IMG/VR virus record: IMGVR_UViG_3300046170_000404
Location: 1 to 59,619 of that record
Reading direction: 5' to 3' (one strand)
DNA: 59,619 bases
Source of the DNA: a virus
Lineage: Duplodnaviria; Caudoviricetes
Part shown: positions 58,278 through 59,619 of the stretch, one piece after another
How the letters are laid out: each line of letters starts with the position of its first letter
Position numbering within the stretch: position 1 is the stretch's first letter
Notes under the pieces: generated by a model
Seen by the model: the letters and a program-made list of their open reading frames with translations, nothing else
The model's database searches: none
What the model was told of the DNA's origin: nothing
Made by a program: the position numbers and the translations under genes

Positions 58278-58304
58278 GAAAATAATTTATTTTATTTTGA
58301 GCTG

Positions 58305-58331
58305 CTACAGCCCCAGGTTGTGGGGCTGTAG
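58305..58331. terminator. Hairpin after the gp88-like operon
   Basis: CTACAGCCCCA/TGGGGCTGTAG. Confidence 0.6.
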
Positions 58332-58343
58332 TTTAGAATAATT

Positions 58344-58433
58344 CTAAAAAAGGATTAACAATAATAATATAAAACCTATTACGCCTGGATAGAATATTAT
58401 TATCCGCATAATAAAAGCTATAAAAGCGTCCAT
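58344..58433 (-). CDS. 29-aa hydrophobic peptide MDAFIAFIMRIIIFYPGVIGFILLLLILF
   Basis: Translated by hand; TAATG overlap; similar to 2859-2957. Confidence 0.6.
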   Translation of the reverse strand: MDAFIAFIMRIIIFYPGVIGFILLLLILF

Positions 58434-59137
58434 TATGATGCGATCTTAATGAAACTATTCTTTGTTACTTTTTTTCCTAGGCCTTTAGCAACTAAGCCCA
58501 CAATCACGCCTGACGGATCCTTAAAGCGTAAGTCGTGAGCATCGCCATCTATAACGGGGCGACTCATCCAGGTACGGGGCAACTTATCCTTAAACACAAC
58601 GGCAACGTTAGCATAGTACTCAGCCATCGCCTTAACTTGGTCCTGGTAATTAGTGCCTGAGTCGCTAAAGGTAACATGATAATTTTTTTTACCATGATCA
58701 AGGTAATTGAGTACCTTAGTATAATCGTAAAAGGTCACTTTAGGGTGTATATCCATTAAGCTGCCACCTCCATCAACTTTATATTTAAACCATGGAAGGT
58801 CACTCGTCCCGTTGAGTCGAACGGCAAATTTAAATCCTGCTCGAGCTGCCCTTTTCCTTAGCAGCTCAATCTCGTTTGATAACTCATAAAGAAAACCGTT
58901 TTTATTATTCCAAAAATAATTAGTTTTATTTATTCGAGCTTGCTGCACGCTATTCATTTGACCCCGACCCGATGTATTTAAACAAGGTTTAACACATCCA
59001 CCAGGCCCCAGGGTAGCTTTAGGACAGACATTTTTGCCACTCATATCATATGGCGCAAAATGCAAGATAGCCGTTTTATATCCATGAGCTTCACCCTTTG
59101 CCATTTTAGTTTGGCTGTAATAATTAAGCAATGCCAT
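58433..59137 (-). CDS. GP88-family protein (radical-SAM-like)
   Basis: CP.A...C...CL..SG, RLNGTSD, FYDYTK, DGD..DLRF.D. Confidence 0.75.
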   Translation of the reverse strand: MALLNYYSQTKMAKGEAHGYKTAILHFAPYDMSGKNVCPKATLGPGGCVKPCLNTSGRGQMNSVQQARINKTNYFWNNKNGFLYELSNEIELLRKRAARAGFKFAVRLNGTSDLPWFKYKVDGGGSLMDIHPKVTFYDYTKVLNYLDHGKKNYHVTFSDSGTNYQDQVKAMAEYYANVAVVFKDKLPRTWMSRPVIDGDAHDLRFKDPSGVIVGLVAKGLGKKVTKNSFIKIAS

Positions 59138-59372
59138 GAGTTACCGCCTTCCAGCTTCCATCAACTTCAGCTAATTTTATATTATGACTGTATACGCTGC
59201 CAGCTTCATCGAATAAGCCAACTTCTGAGCCCTTAGCATCTATTAGAATAGTTTTTTTAATTCCTTTTCCTTGCTTAGGCGACTCAAGAAGCTCACCGCT
59301 GATTAGTACACCAGGGCCTAGCTGATCGCTTTTTATTTTTTGTCCTTTTTTTAGATCTTTAAAGTTTATCAT
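59124..59372 (-). CDS. Hypothetical early protein
   Basis: GGAG SD; E.GSVY pattern. Confidence 0.7.
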   Translation of the reverse strand: MINFKDLKKGQKIKSDQLGPGVLISGELLESPKQGKGIKKTILIDAKGSEVGLFDEAGSVYSHNIKLAEVDGSWKAVTHGIA

Positions 59373-59397
59373 TTTTTTTCTCCATGTTAGTTAATGA

Positions 59398-59430
59398 GTC
59401 TTATTAACATGGGATGGGCTGAGCTGTCAA
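59398..59430 (-). promoter_or_regulatory. Promoter with a variant ATCYYA-N6-TRRGAT operator
   Basis: TTGACA at 59430-59425; GTCTTA-TTAACA-TGGGAT at 59398-59415. Confidence 0.65.
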
Positions 59431-59619
59431 ATCTTTTTTAGATCCTGCTGCTAGATCTTGCTGCAATAAATAAGGCTCGACCTGGAAGCCAGGCCCTGGA
59501 GATCTTAGAACTTTAAGCTGCCATCGAGCTGCACGACTCACGGGACCAATTAAAAATATTTTTTAAAAAAATGTTAATGTAAACAATTACAAAAAAAGCC
59601 ATATATATAGTCAACGATA

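Noticed and set aside
1-59619. Prophage, integrase, tRNA genes or terminal repeats
   Set aside because: No recombinase motifs, host genes, cloverleaf sequences or matching ends were visible by eye; tRNAscan and read mapping would confirm.

Overview
An AT-rich, apparently near-complete tailed dsDNA phage genome of about 59.6 kb with podovirus-like architecture. Gene content and order resemble marine SAR11 phages of the HTVC023P/HTVC027P type; this assignment is recognition by eye, not a database result. Almost all genes are on the minus strand. Modules: (1) packaging and head: TerL, portal, GroES-like protein, scaffold, major capsid protein; (2) tail and ejection proteins; (3) replication: family A DNA polymerase, UvrD-like and SNF2-like helicases, AEP primase, SSB-like protein, exonuclease; (4) lysis: M15 peptidase, holin-like protein; (5) small early genes; (6) accessory modification enzymes: several 2OG-Fe(II) oxygenase-like genes, glycosyltransferases, a split carbamoyltransferase, a sulfotransferase, a halogenase-like oxidoreductase and a DUF4338-like gene. 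I saw no integrase, RNA polymerase, tRNA or CRISPR array. Several single-base frameshifts, including in portal and TerS, suggest sequencing errors. The most striking unexplained structures are: (a) a C5 methyltransferase with a second ORF nested in an alternative frame that carries motif IX and about seven tandem PTP modules; (b) a promoter- and terminator-bounded RNA of about 95 nt complementary to a leader motif shared by early genes; (c) a palindromic ATCYYA-N6-TRRGAT operator over four early-type promoters; (d) a recurrent hydrophobic-x-x-GG motif in probable virion cargo proteins; (e) a pseudoknot-capable leader RNA; (f) several repeat systems around TerS.
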